Part shown: in pieces, positions 33,200 through 45,094 of the stretch
Numbering within the stretch: the stretch's first letter is position 1
Layout of the letters: every line of letters starts with the position of its first letter
Assembly: GCA_002269645.1 (NCBI GenBank)
Contig: NIVC01000411.1
Span: forward strand, 62,001-126,000
From: Macrostomum lignano
Taxonomy: Eukaryota
Length of the DNA: 64,000 bases
Direction: 5' to 3'
Notes under the pieces: generated by a model
What the model saw: the letters and a program-made list of their open reading frames with translations, nothing else
What the model was told of the DNA's origin: nothing
Database searches by the model: none
Made by a program: the position numbers and the translations under genes

Positions 33200-34620
33200 C
33201 ATAAAAGAAGCGCAATGTCAAACATAAAAGTGGCACCATGTCAAACATAAAAGAGTCACCATGTCAAACATAAAAAAGCCACCATGTAAGACATAAAAGA
33301 GCCACCATGAAAGATATAAAGGAGCCACCATGTAAGACATAAAAGAGCCACCATGTCAAACATTAAAGAGCCACCATGTCGAAGATTAAAGTGCTACCAT
33401 GTCAAACATAGAAGAGCCAACATGTCAAACATTAAAGAGCTGTCATGTATAAACACAAAAGAGCCACCATGTCAAACATTAAAGAGACACCATGTCAAAC
33501 ATTAAAGAAACACCATGTCAAACATGAAAGAGCCACCATGTCAAACATTAAAGAGCCACCATGTCAAACATTAAAGAGCCATCATGTCGAACATAAAATA
33601 GCCACTATGTCGAACATAAAAGAGCCACCATGTCAAACATATACATGACTCCATGTCAAACATTAAAGAGCCACCTCGTCGAACATAAAAGAGCCACCAT
33701 GTCAAACATACACGTGACTCCATGTCCAACATTTTAGAGCCGCCATGTCAAACAATAAAGAGCCACAATGTTAAACATAAAAAAGCTACAAAGTCAGACA
33801 TATGCGTGACTCCATGTCAAACAGTAAAGAGCCACCATGTCAAACACACACGTGACTGCATGTCAAACATTAAAGAGCCACCATGTCAAACAATAAAGAG
33901 CCACAATGTCAAAAATAAAAGAGCCAACACGTCAAACATATACGTGACTCCATGTCAAACATTAAAGAGCAACCATTTCGAACATAAAAGAGCCACCATG
34001 TCAAACATCTACGTGACTCCATGTCAAACATTAAACATACAAGAGAGACAACATGCCACACAATGAAGCCACTATGTCAAACATATACGTGAGTGCATGT
34101 CAAACATTAAAGAGCAACCATTTCGAACATAAAAGAGCCACCATGTCAAACATCAATGTGACTCCATGTCAAACATTAAACATACAAGAAAGACAACATG
34201 CCACACATAAGGGAGCCACTATGTCAAACATATACGCGACTCCATGTCAAACATTAATCATAAAAGAGACACCATGCCACACATAAGGGAGCCACCATGT
34301 CGAGCATATACGTGAATCCATGTCAAATATTAAAGAGCCACCATGTCGAACATAACAGAGACACAATTTCAAACGTAAAAGGGCCGCCATGTCAAACATA
34401 GAAGAGTCACCATGTCAAACATTAAAGTGCTACCATGTCAAACATTAAAGTGCTACCATGCCAAACATAAAAGAGCCACCATGTCAAACATTAAAGTGCT
34501 ACCATGTCAAACATAGAAGAGCCACCATGTCAAACATAGAAGAGCCACCATGTCAAACATTAAAGAGTCACCATTTCAAACATAAAAGAGACACAGTTTC
34601 AAACATAAAAAGAAGTGTCA
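33200..34620. repeat. 23-bp satellite, array 3 (more diverged)
   Basis: Same unit. Confidence 0.93.
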
Positions 34621-36726
34621 TGCCAAACAAAATGGAGCCTCTATAAAGCTAAGGAAATTGTTGCACTAGCTACTTGTTCTCTGGTGGACGAGATAAGAAA
34701 ACTGTTATGGCACAAGATGAGAAAACTATCATTGCACGAGACGAGAAAACTGTAATTTCATTAGATGAGAAAACTATTATTGCATTAGCTTAGACGACTA
34801 TTATTGCACAGGATGAGAAAACTATGATTGAACTAGGGGGATCATTTTAAAACCGACTGAGGGATCATTGCAAACCTGACTGGGGGATCATTGCAAACCT
34901 GATTGGGGTATTGTTGGTAGATTCTTAGAAACCGATTCTGCAATGTGGATTACCAATTTTATAAATAAATGGTACGAAAGTTTTCTAAGTGTACTCATAC
35001 TTTAAGACACCATGCTTATTGTTACCAATGACGCCATACTAATCGCTACCAGAATTTAAATAAATAAATCTTACTCTTTCTTATCGGCCGCCCCGAAGGG
35101 GGGCACTAGATTGCTAGTTTAAACTGATAATATAAAATTCCAAATATAGTGTTAAAGCTCATAAAATATTTTAGAATTAAAGACTGGACAAATAAAGGCT
35201 CCAACTGCCAATTAGAAAAAATGGTTTACACAGACTATTTTGGGTGCAGTTCAAGTTTCAACAGGGTCGTGTCCAGGTTGGACAAGAGCTCTAAGGTACG
35301 AGGCCTGATCGAGTTGCACCCAATGAACCTAGTCATCCCGCCAGCTCCCATATAAACCCTAATCAGCCATGAGCTAAGCGTCGAATATTTTCTCTTTTGA
35401 GAAAATTTCTCGGATTTTTGCTTTATACTATTTTCTTGGGCTTGGGCCCATATGTGCTTTTTGTGCTTGCTTTGCCTTCGGATGTATACATGAAGACAAA
35501 TACTAGCTAATAAAGTACCATATTAAACAATTCCTGTTAATTTTAATATAGACATAACTACAATACTCGAAGTCTGTTAGCTGAATACATAGTGCAATGG
35601 AAAAGCTAAAACGCATTTTATAAATATTTTTATGATAGTTTCAATTTCAAGCACACCAATAAATACGGATTTAGAGAACCAAAATACAAATCTAAAATAC
35701 AAGACGAAAATTTAAGCGATCAAAACTTTTCTAGTACGCTTAAGTGTAGTTCCATTTAGAAAACGTTACTTGTGTTGAATCGTGGCTAGGGTCTTTTTTC
35801 ACTAAACAATTAAAGACCTTAAAACAAACTTGAATCGTGCAAATGTCATAATAGAGACGGTAAAAATACATCTTTTTACAAAGCATAACTGCAACTAATG
35901 TAGTAAAAACTGTATTCATAAAGTAAAGATACTATTGTTTTTATTTTATTTTAAATATTAAACTTCGGTGAATATACTTTGTTTTAAAGTGTTAATTTTT
36001 TAAGCTGAAATGTGTGGACAATTTCTAAGAATATTAATTTACTGTCAAAGCGGTAGCAACTTAGCAAGCGGTGTAAGCCTTGCCAGTCAGTGTTTGTATC
36101 AACGTTAGAACCTAGATTCTACGTATGTATAAGTATCTTTTTGTTCCAGCAGAGTGGATTAAATCTGGTACATTTTGAGAATCACTCGCGCTCGCGCATT
36201 TTCGATCCGATCTCCGCAGGGCGGTAGGACCTGCCTTGCCCTTACCTGATTGGATCGGATCCCGCTGATCGCTTGCTTGCCTATTCATGATGATCAACTA
36301 CAACACGAACAACTACAGCTATACTAGGCCCTAACATCTTCATCATGCTGAAGAACATCATGGTCTTCCTTCCTTTTGTAGGTCCAAGAAATAATAAACA
36401 TTGGCTTACTTTTGAAACAATCCCACTGCCACGCCACTGGCACTAGGCCTACAAACGTCAACATGCAAAATAATTTATAAGTTTTATGAACAATTAGTCG
36501 TACATACAGCATTTTTCTATAATTCAACAAAGCATAATTTACAATCTGTATCATTGAAATTTATTAAATTGATATCTTCAATTTTTACTTGTTTTAAAGA
36601 GGCAATAACAAAGCCCTAGGGGCTTACTATCCCAATTTATTATAGGTCCTAGTTATTGAAGTGCATTGTAAATGCATTTAATACTTGTAGCTCATACTCT
36701 TACTTTGTTGATTAGGCCCATTCCAT

Positions 36727-38146
36727 GGCTCCTGGACACTTCGTCATCTAACCACTTCGTCATCTAACCATTTCGTTATCTCAATGACAAAGTGACCATG
36801 GTTTTTGGATGCTTTGTCATATCAAAAAATTGTTAGTAAATCTAGATGACAAAGTGGCCAATTTAATTTTTAATAATTATTTTTGCTTCCTTGCTAAAGC
36901 CTAAAATTGGCATTATCACTTTTACAACCCAGTGGAGGCAACAAAGTATGTGGCCATGGATTTCTCCTTGCTCCACCTGCAGGAACTTAACCAACCCTTG
37001 AATCACAACCCCATACAATCTAAGCTAGAGTGATATTATGTAATGGATTTCTCCTTGCTCCACCTGTAGGGACTTAACCAACCCTTCACACGCATATAGT
37101 CTGAGCTCAAAGTATTTTCACCGCCTAAATGTGCTAAGCCATATATGCATTTGTGTCTAGGTTCCTGGACACTTCGTCATCAATATTCTGACACTTCTTC
37201 TATAAGTGTAACGTGCCAATTCTCCAACCAACTAACCATAGTGCGTGGCGGATCTAAGAAGGGTACAGGTGCAGAGATGGTCACTTTACCCCTCAAAACT
37301 GAAGTGGCGAGCCTACTCCCACCTAGAATTTTATTATAAATATGGTGCATGAAATCACATATATGAAGCAAATACATGTAAGAAACAGCTAGTTTATAAG
37401 TGAAAATGGCAGACATCTGCATTTTTGCCAAGAGCCAGTTAGCACAAAACAGCAAGCGCTTCAATGTGACGTTTGTCAGCAATGGCAGCACCGTCGTATG
37501 CATTGTGGCACAGGAATTTCTAATGAAGAATATTGAGAGCTGTCTAGCCAAGGGAACTTTCCATGGAGCTGCACAAGGTGTCGAGGTGAGCCGCCAGCTG
37601 CCAGCCGCAGGTAGAGCCGCTAGCCGTCTAGCAGTAGGTAGAGCCGCCAGCCACCAGCCATCCAGCAGCAGGTAGAGCCACCAGCCATCCAGCCGCCAGC
37701 CATCCAGCAGCAGGTAGAGCTGCCAGCCATCCAGACGCCAGCCGTCCAGCAACAGTAAAGCCACCAGCTGTCCAGCTGATTATCAGTTAATTTTCAGTTA
37801 ACTTTAACGAAATTAAGAATTAATAAGTTAGGATTTTTTGTTTTAACATGTAGTTACAAATTACAGTATTTAACAACTATCTTTGTGGGTTGTGACTCCG
37901 CCATTCTGGTCCCAAGCCCAGAATGTGAAAAGAGGAGGGCAACTATATGTAGATACATATACATGTATAATGTTTAATCTTTATCTTTATATAGCTATAT
38001 AGTTATATAATTGCATATACTTCATACAAAAAGTGGATGACGAAGTGTCCACATTAGTAATGTGGATGACGAAGTGGTAAGATGACGAAGTGTCCAACAA
38101 TAAGAGTGGATGACAAAGTGGTAAGATGACAAAGTGTCCAGGAACC
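36727..38146. mobile_element. MITE-like element with GG..CC termini, subterminal CACTTCGTCATC repeats and a possible 8-bp TSD
   Basis: GGCTCCTGGACACTTCGTCATC versus the reverse complement of GATGACAAAGTGTCCAGGAACC. Flanks CATTCCAT and CATTCTAT match 7/8. An extra left-end copy lies at 37160. Confidence 0.6.
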
Positions 38147-39023
38147 CATTCTATATAAGATGGACAAATTTAGAAAATAGAAAAAAGTCAATATTTTTGC
38201 TTGTCATTGCCTTATCAGCCAATTTTTTACCAAATCTTTTTTGTATGTAATGTATATAATCTAAGAATAAATAAATGATAAAATGTTGGATTAGTATATT
38301 ATCAATTGGCAAAAAGTTATTTTTGTAAAAAATTGGACATTTTCTAAGCAAAAGATATCATTAAGTTTATGTACCTTTTAAAAACAAATAGAAAGCTTTA
38401 GAAGGTTAAAACAAACTATATATAAAATTATAGTACTTGCATCATCAGATAAAAACATTAGCAACCATATAATCTATTATATTTTTAATATATTAGTATT
38501 TCAAAGTTACTGAATTGACAGAAAAAAATATGTTACAACCATAATGTTACGACCATAAGGCTGCCTTTTCTTTTGTATCTTTGTTGCCTTTTTGAGTTTA
38601 TATATTCTAATAAAAGAGTATGACTTCTAAAGATGTTCTTAGTCAAATTTAAAAAAAATTATTGCAAAATATCAAAAATGAAAAATGTTATAAGACTTTT
38701 ACCTTTTAGTTTCTATATGTCAAAAATCCTGTTGTTACAACCATAAATGCCATTCAAGGTTTAATAGCACCTATACTAATGATACTATCTATATGAAACT
38801 TTATAAACATATTCTTGACAAAATAATCTTTCATTCAAAATATTGGTTTAGTATATTCTATTATTAGATTACATTTTATAAGTAAAAATAGTCTGTCATG
38901 TTAAGACTATAATTATATGGAATGGCCCATTAGCGTTTCCTCTGTTATTATCCTATTCATTTATGTCTATGACTGCAACTTAAAATCCTCGTTATTGCCT
39001 TCCCCCGAGCATGTTTTCTCTCT

Positions 39024-39843
39024 GGTTTCCATGCATTTTGGTGCCCATGCTTTTTGGTGCCCAGCATTTTGGTGCCCCAGATTGCCTTTTGGTGCCCCAG
39101 TTTATATTATGCCAAAATGATGATAATAAAAAAATAAATCTTATAACAAATATATTAAATACTTTACAGAACATTCAATATTCCTAATAAAAGCAGTATT
39201 AATTTTGTTGAACAGGCATGTTTCTTTAAATTGAAAAAATCCATTCAATTTAATTGCATATATTTGCTATATCCTGTATATACAATACAAGCTAGCTGCA
39301 CTCAGCAAGCATGCTATGAAGACTTAGTTAGGAAAGTTGAAATCCATCAATGATGCTACATGTAGTTTTGATCAAAATTATGAAATGTGACAAGTCTATA
39401 TGTATTTTAGTTAGTATTGATTTTTTGAATCACCCAATCATGTTTTATTTCATAAAACTGCCTAGGAAATAAAGCAAGTATTATTTAATGAGCTGAAATC
39501 TTTTGGGGCATAACTATTGGACCATAATCTATCAGATTTTATTACAAGCGCATTTGGGGCATTAGTTTAAAATTTTAACATGGCTGAGATGTGCAGCTAT
39601 AGCAACATGGAAGTAAATCGAATTGAGTAATCAAAAACAATTTTTTGAATTAAAACAGCAAGTCAGCTTAACTAAATGAATAATACCTTTTTTTTAAAGT
39701 AAATAAGTACTGCAAAGACAAAGCACTTACTGCTAAATCAGGGCTCAATCTCTATATTTTGTGTCCAATTCTAATGTATAATTTAGGCACCGAAAAGCAA
39801 GCTGGGGCACCGAAAAGCACAGGCACCAAAAAGTGTGGATACC
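39024..39843. mobile_element. MITE-like element (Mutator-like) with subterminal TTTTGGTGCC repeats and a possible 9-bp TSD
   Basis: GGTTTCCATGCATTTTGGTGCC versus GGTATCCACACTTTTTGGTGCC (reverse complement of the right end). Flanks TTTCTCTCT and CTTCTCTCT match 8/9. Confidence 0.55.
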
Positions 39844-40870
39844 CTTCTCTCTAAGCAACTTGTTGGCACAAAGCTAATCATATTGCAGCGCAAATATAAA
39901 GCAAATAATAAGACATAGCAATCAAACATAAAGCACAGAATTACAAGACTTAACAATGGCGTTGCAAGCAGGATTGTTTATGTCTAATATAACATAATGC
40001 CTTTCTGTTAATTTCTAGCATATATATGCTACTGGTATAAGTAAATTTGTTTTTTTCTAGTATAAACTAAGAAATATAGTGTGGGGGACTATAGTGTAGC
40101 ATATGATATAACAGATTTAAGAGTATGGCCTACTTCAGAAAACTAGGAATATAAACATATCTACACATCTTTATACATAGGTTATGTGACTAAATATAAG
40201 GATTTGGGAATTTCTTATTTTAAGGCAGTCAGATAAGATTTAAAGGTCATATATACACAAACCCCCTAATTTACACTGGCCATATGACTTACTTTTTGAC
40301 CAAAAATGTGACTTACGTATAAAAAACCCTAAAACAAAAACTAATGCAATTTTGGATAAATGGTAAGAGTAACTATGGCTATCCTTTTAAGCCTAAATAC
40401 CTTATCATCTAATTAGTACTATATGTATATTCTTTTGGGTGGGCATTTTTCAAACTTACACTTGGTAAATTATAAATTATTTATATTTATAAACTATGGT
40501 AGCCAGATTGGCCAGGTCAGCTAGCAGTTTTGCATGTATATAAAAGGTAAATAAATAGTGAGCCTATACCTAAACTATACCTACTTTTTATTTTTGGGTG
40601 CAATTTCAAAATTCAATATGCATATATATACTCTATGGATAATATATAATCTATGCGCAAAAAACCCAGAATTTAGAGCTTGTAATAAAAGGGACTTATT
40701 CATATATAGACAGCTTCAAGAATTTAATGGCCTATAGTAACACTTATATAAATTAGTATAACTTAAAATTCTCTTTACATTTATTAGATATTATCTATAA
40801 ATTATACATGAATTCTGATTATATTTTAATTATATAAAAATATTTTTATAAGTTAAAACTTCGTTCATTC

Positions 40871-43800
40871 ATGCATCCATCATCTCATTTTTCTCGATCG
40901 GCTCTGCCTTCAGCTGCCACCCTTTGGGGTGGCGCACCCAGGCCACCACTGCTGCCAACTCCTCCATTTCGCCCTCCCAGTGCAGCTGGCGGCTTCCCTG
41001 GCATGCAGAGCAGCTTTGCTCCATCCACATTCCTTGGCGGCGGCTTTGGTCGACCGTATTTTGCTGCAGGTAACTCAGACCCCCGAGCTGTCCGCCACCC
41101 TCCCAGATCCTCAGTTGCTAGGCCAGCCTCCCAGCTCCTCAGTTACTGGGCCAGCCTCCCAGCTCCTCAGTTGCTGGGCCAGCCTCCCAGCTCCTCAGTT
41201 GCTGGGCCAGCCAACAATATCCTCAGTTGCTGAACCAGCCTCCCAGATCGTCAGCTGCTGGGCCAGCCTTCCAGATCCTCAGTTGCTAAGCCAGCCTCTC
41301 AGATCCTCAGTAGCTGGGCCAGCCTTCCAGATCCTCAGTTGCTGGGCCAGCCTCCCAGATCCTCAGTAGCTGGGCCAGCCTTCCAGATCCTCAGTTGCTG
41401 AGCCACCACTGCTTTGTATTTCCCAATGAATTAAATATTATTGTCTTACTCTTAAAGCAGATTTCGTGAAGAGAATACTGTATTATAATAATTATATAGG
41501 AACCAGTCACGTGCAGCATCACCAACAGCAGCAGCATCAGCATCATCAGCAGCACCGCTTCAACGACAGAGGGCGTGGCTTCGCCTTCTCTCGCGGTCGC
41601 GGCCGAGGCAGCGGCAGAGGCAGAGGCGGCGGCGGAGATCGAGGAGGCGCCGCAGAGGTGTCGCCCTGGCACTGCTGCAACCGCGACTTCCGCAGCGAGT
41701 CGGAGCTGGAGCGGCACAAATCGGAGCACGCCAAGTGCTGGGTGGCCGACTGCCCGTTCACAGCCAGCCAGGAGCTGATCGAGCTGCACTTTGTGCACCA
41801 GCACCGCACCGGCTTGGCCAATCAGATTTTGCAGGCCGATTGCGACACTTGGCGTCAGGAGAGGCGCAAAAATTTCCCAACAGCCGAACGGGCCGAAGCA
41901 AAACGACGCGAGGCGGCGGCGCGAGAGGCGCGCGGCGAAGTTGTGCAGCAGCGGCAGTTTGGCCGGATGGGCGGCGGTGGAGGCGGCAGAGGCGGCGGCG
42001 GCTGGCGAGGACGCGGGGCCGGCGGAGGTCGAGGCGGCGGTCGCGGCTGGGGTCAGCATCGAGGCGGCAGAGGTTCGCACCAGCAGGTACCCGCACTCGT
42101 AATAAGTCTTGCTGCCATCTTCCCAGATCCTCATACTGAGCCACTATCTTCCCAGATCCTCATACTGAGCCACTATCTTCCCAGATCCTCATACTGAGCC
42201 ACCATCTTCCCAGATCCTCATACTAAGCTACCATCTTCCCAGATCCTCATACTCAGCTACCATCTTCCCAGATCCTCATACTCAGCTACCATCTTCCCAG
42301 ATCCTCATACTGAGCCACCATCTTCCCAGATCCTCATACTCAGCTACCATCTTCCCAGATCCTCATACTCAGCTACCATCTTCCCAGATCCTCATACTTA
42401 GCTACCATCTTCCCAGATCCTCATACTAAGCTACCATCTTCCCAGATCCTCATACTCAGCTACCATCTTCCCAGATCCTCATACTTAGCTACCATCTTCC
42501 CAGATCCTCATACTCAGCTACCATCTTCCCAGATCCTCATACTCAGCTACCATCTTCCCAGATCCTCATACTGAGCCACCATCTTCCCAGATCCTCATAC
42601 TCAGCTACCATCTTCCCAGATCCTCATACTCAGCTACCATCTTCCCAGATCCTCATACTCAGCTACCATCTTCCCAGATCCTCATACTTAGCCACCATCT
42701 TCCCAGATCCTCATACTAAGCTACCATCTTCCCAGATCCTCATACTCAGCTACCATCTTCCCAGATCCTCATACTTAGCCACCATCTTCCCAGATCCTCA
42801 TACTAAGCTACCATCTTCCCAGATCCTCATACTCAGCTACCATCTTCCCAGATCCTCATACTAAGCTACCATCTTCCCAGATCCTCATACTCAGCTACCA
42901 TCTTCCCAGATCCTCATACTTAGCTACCATCTTCCCAGATCCTCATACTGAGCCACCATCTTCCCAGATCCTCATACTTAGCTACCATCTTCCCAGATCC
43001 TCAGCTCGGCCAATGCAGCCGAGTTTGGCGCCGCCGACAGCGAAGCCGATGCCCGACATCGCGACCCTCTGTCGGCCTGTCTGGTCGAGTCCGAATCTGA
43101 TGATGAAGATCCTTGCACCAGGAATGCTGGCGTCGACAATCCCGATGGCAAGACTGAGATGCTCATCGGCGATGTCGAAGATCCTGAAGCCGACGCTCCG
43201 CCAACTGTGCTGAGCAGTCTGGCTGCCAACTATGCTTCATCAGCTTCCATGTCTGCCGACTCCACTGAGGCCGATCTGGACGACTCGATGGAGAAAGAGA
43301 AGGACAAACAGCGGCCAGAGGGCGGCCCCGTCGAATCATTGAGCTGCGGTCAGTCGCGACGGCACGTTGATGCCGCGCTGATGCTTCATCGTCGTCGGGA
43401 GCGGCTGATGCAGGTGCGTCTGCGTCTCGTGTACAGTGCCCCTCCTGCGCCTGTGACTATTTCATCTGTTTGCCGGGATTTTCGCGACTCACTCCCACTT
43501 TTCCCCTCTATATTCTCCCTTACCGCCTCTACCCCCTCATTCCCCCGTTTCCCCCTCTACCCCTCCTCTATCCCCCTCTACCCCTCCTCTATCCCCCTCT
43601 ACCCCTCCTCTACCCCTCTCTACCCCTTCTCTATCCCCCTCTACCCCTCCTCTACCCCTCTCTACCCCTTCTCTATCCCCCTCTACCCTTCTCTATCCCC
43701 CTCTACCCTTCTCTATCCCCCTCTACCCCTTCTCTATCCCCCTCTACCCCTTCTCTATCCCCCTCTACCCCTCCTCTACCCCTCTCTACGCCTTCTCTAT

Positions 43801-44800
43801 CCCCCTCTACCCCTTCTCTACCCCTCTCTACCCCTCCTCTACCCCCCTCTACCCCTCCTCTATCCCCCTCTACCCCTCCTCTATCCCCCTCTACCCCTCC
43901 TCTATCCCCCTCTACCCCTTCTCTAACCCCCCTCTATCCCTCTTTTACCCCCTCTATCCCCCTCTACCCTCCTCTACCCCTCTACCCCTTCTCTATCCCC
44001 CTCTATCCCTCTTTTACCCCCCTCTATCCCCCTCAATCCCTCTTTTACCCCCCTCTATCCCCCTCTATCCCCCTTTTCCCCCTTCTATCCCCCTCTATCC
44101 CCCTCTACCCCTCTATCTTCCTTTAATCCTTCCTAACACTCTCTATCCCCCTATCCCTATGTATCCTCCTTTATTCCTCTCTACCCCTCTCCATCCCCGT
44201 CTACAACCCCTCTTTCCTTTATTCTTTATCCCTCTATCCTCCTGTCTCTATCCCCTCTCTTTTCCTCTATCCCTCTCTATCCCCTCTTATCCCCCCTCTA
44301 TTTCCCTCTATTTCCCTCTATCCCCCTCTGTCCCCATCTATCGCCTCTATCCCCATTTTTTCCTTTATCCCTATCTATCCTCCCATACCCCCTCTATTCC
44401 CATAGATGAGGATCTATTTCTTTCTATCCCCCATCCACTTCTAAAAGGAAAAGCATTTAAAAACACGCAGGAGCCAGCAATGCGCCTGAGACGGCCAGCC
44501 CTACTAGAGATGCTTCTGTCACGGCACATTCGCCACGAACGCAATCTGCTGTTCCAGTGCGTGCGCTACATCTGCTCTACGGATTTCTTGAATAGCGATG
44601 CGCCAACTATTGACAAGTCCGCTGCCCCAGCCCACCGCATTGATGTTGAGGCGGCAGCTGAAACTGATGACGGCAAAGTCGATGATGCAGCCCCAGAATT
44701 CGATTGCGATGATGTCGAATGGGAGGCTGCAGATGAGGAAGCTGGTATGGCTACCGATGAAGATGGAGATGAAGCTGGAAGTGATGAAGCGTCTAGTTAA
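40871..44800 (+). CDS. NUFIP1: Nuclear FMR1-interacting protein 1 (box C/D snoRNP assembly factor), 4 exons, about 510 aa
   Basis: Exons 40871-41069, 41500-42086, 42997-43413 and 44471-44800, phases consistent. Pro-rich N-terminus, C2H2-like fingers (CCNRDF...HKSEHAKCWVADCPFTA...H..HQH), WRQERRKNFPT, and C-terminal RPALLEMLLSRHIRHERNLLFQCVRYI are NUFIP1 hallmarks. The start codon is less certain. Confidence 0.88.
41090..41405. repeat. 28-bp minisatellite (CAGCCTCCCAGATCCTCAGTTGCTGGGC), NUFIP1 intron 1
   Basis: Seen directly. Confidence 0.9.
42113..43003. repeat. 29-bp minisatellite (ATCTTCCCAGATCCTCATACTCAGCTACC), NUFIP1 intron 2; unit includes the 3' splice site
   Basis: About 30 units. 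The last unit supplies the in-frame acceptor at 42996|42997. Confidence 0.95.
43520..44420. repeat. C/T-rich low-complexity repeat (CTCTACCCC / CTCTATCCCC), NUFIP1 intron 3
   Basis: Seen directly. Confidence 0.9.
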
Positions 44801-45094
44801 TTTAAAAAGTTAGCAAGTCAGAAAGAAGTCCGACTGTCACTTGATAATAAAATCTTGTTATTATTGTCACAATGCATTTCCCTCTCCATTTCTGCATTAG
44901 TGCCGTATTATGTATCGTGAACTTCGTGAAAATTTGTGCCTAAGTCTGTCCTCGCTGACTTGCTGGATAAATACAACTGTTCCATTATTTTCAATCTTAG
45001 TGAATGGTTGCATTTATGACTAAATTGTGTCCTTACTGTTAACTAATTTTTGCTGTCATTCCATCACTTGGCTCAGTTTAACCTCCCACTGACA

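Larger units (their letters stand above)
30706..35117 (+). mobile_element. Non-autonomous Helitron, copy 2, fused head-to-tail to copy 1, with an internal duplication
   Basis: Starts TCCATATACTAAAAATGAG immediately after the CTAG of copy 1. About 570-bp core homologous to 26185-26760. Hairpin GCCCC-GAAGG-GGGGC at 35090-35104, then AGATTGCTAG followed by T. A partial core + satellite + end block is repeated at 33041-34680. Confidence 0.8.

Noticed and set aside
26765-34620. CRISPR-like appearance of the 23-bp arrays and other regular arrays
   Set aside because: Units are contiguous with no unique spacers, there are no cas genes, and the context is eukaryotic.
26765-34620. Over a hundred copies of the vertebrate Kozak string GCCACCATG in the satellite unit
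   Set aside because: Probably coincidental. Downstream frames close quickly, the unit length is not a multiple of 3, and the host is not evidently a vertebrate.
26185-35117. Autonomous Helitron or captured host exons
   Set aside because: No Rep or helicase motifs and no convincing gene fragment in any frame.
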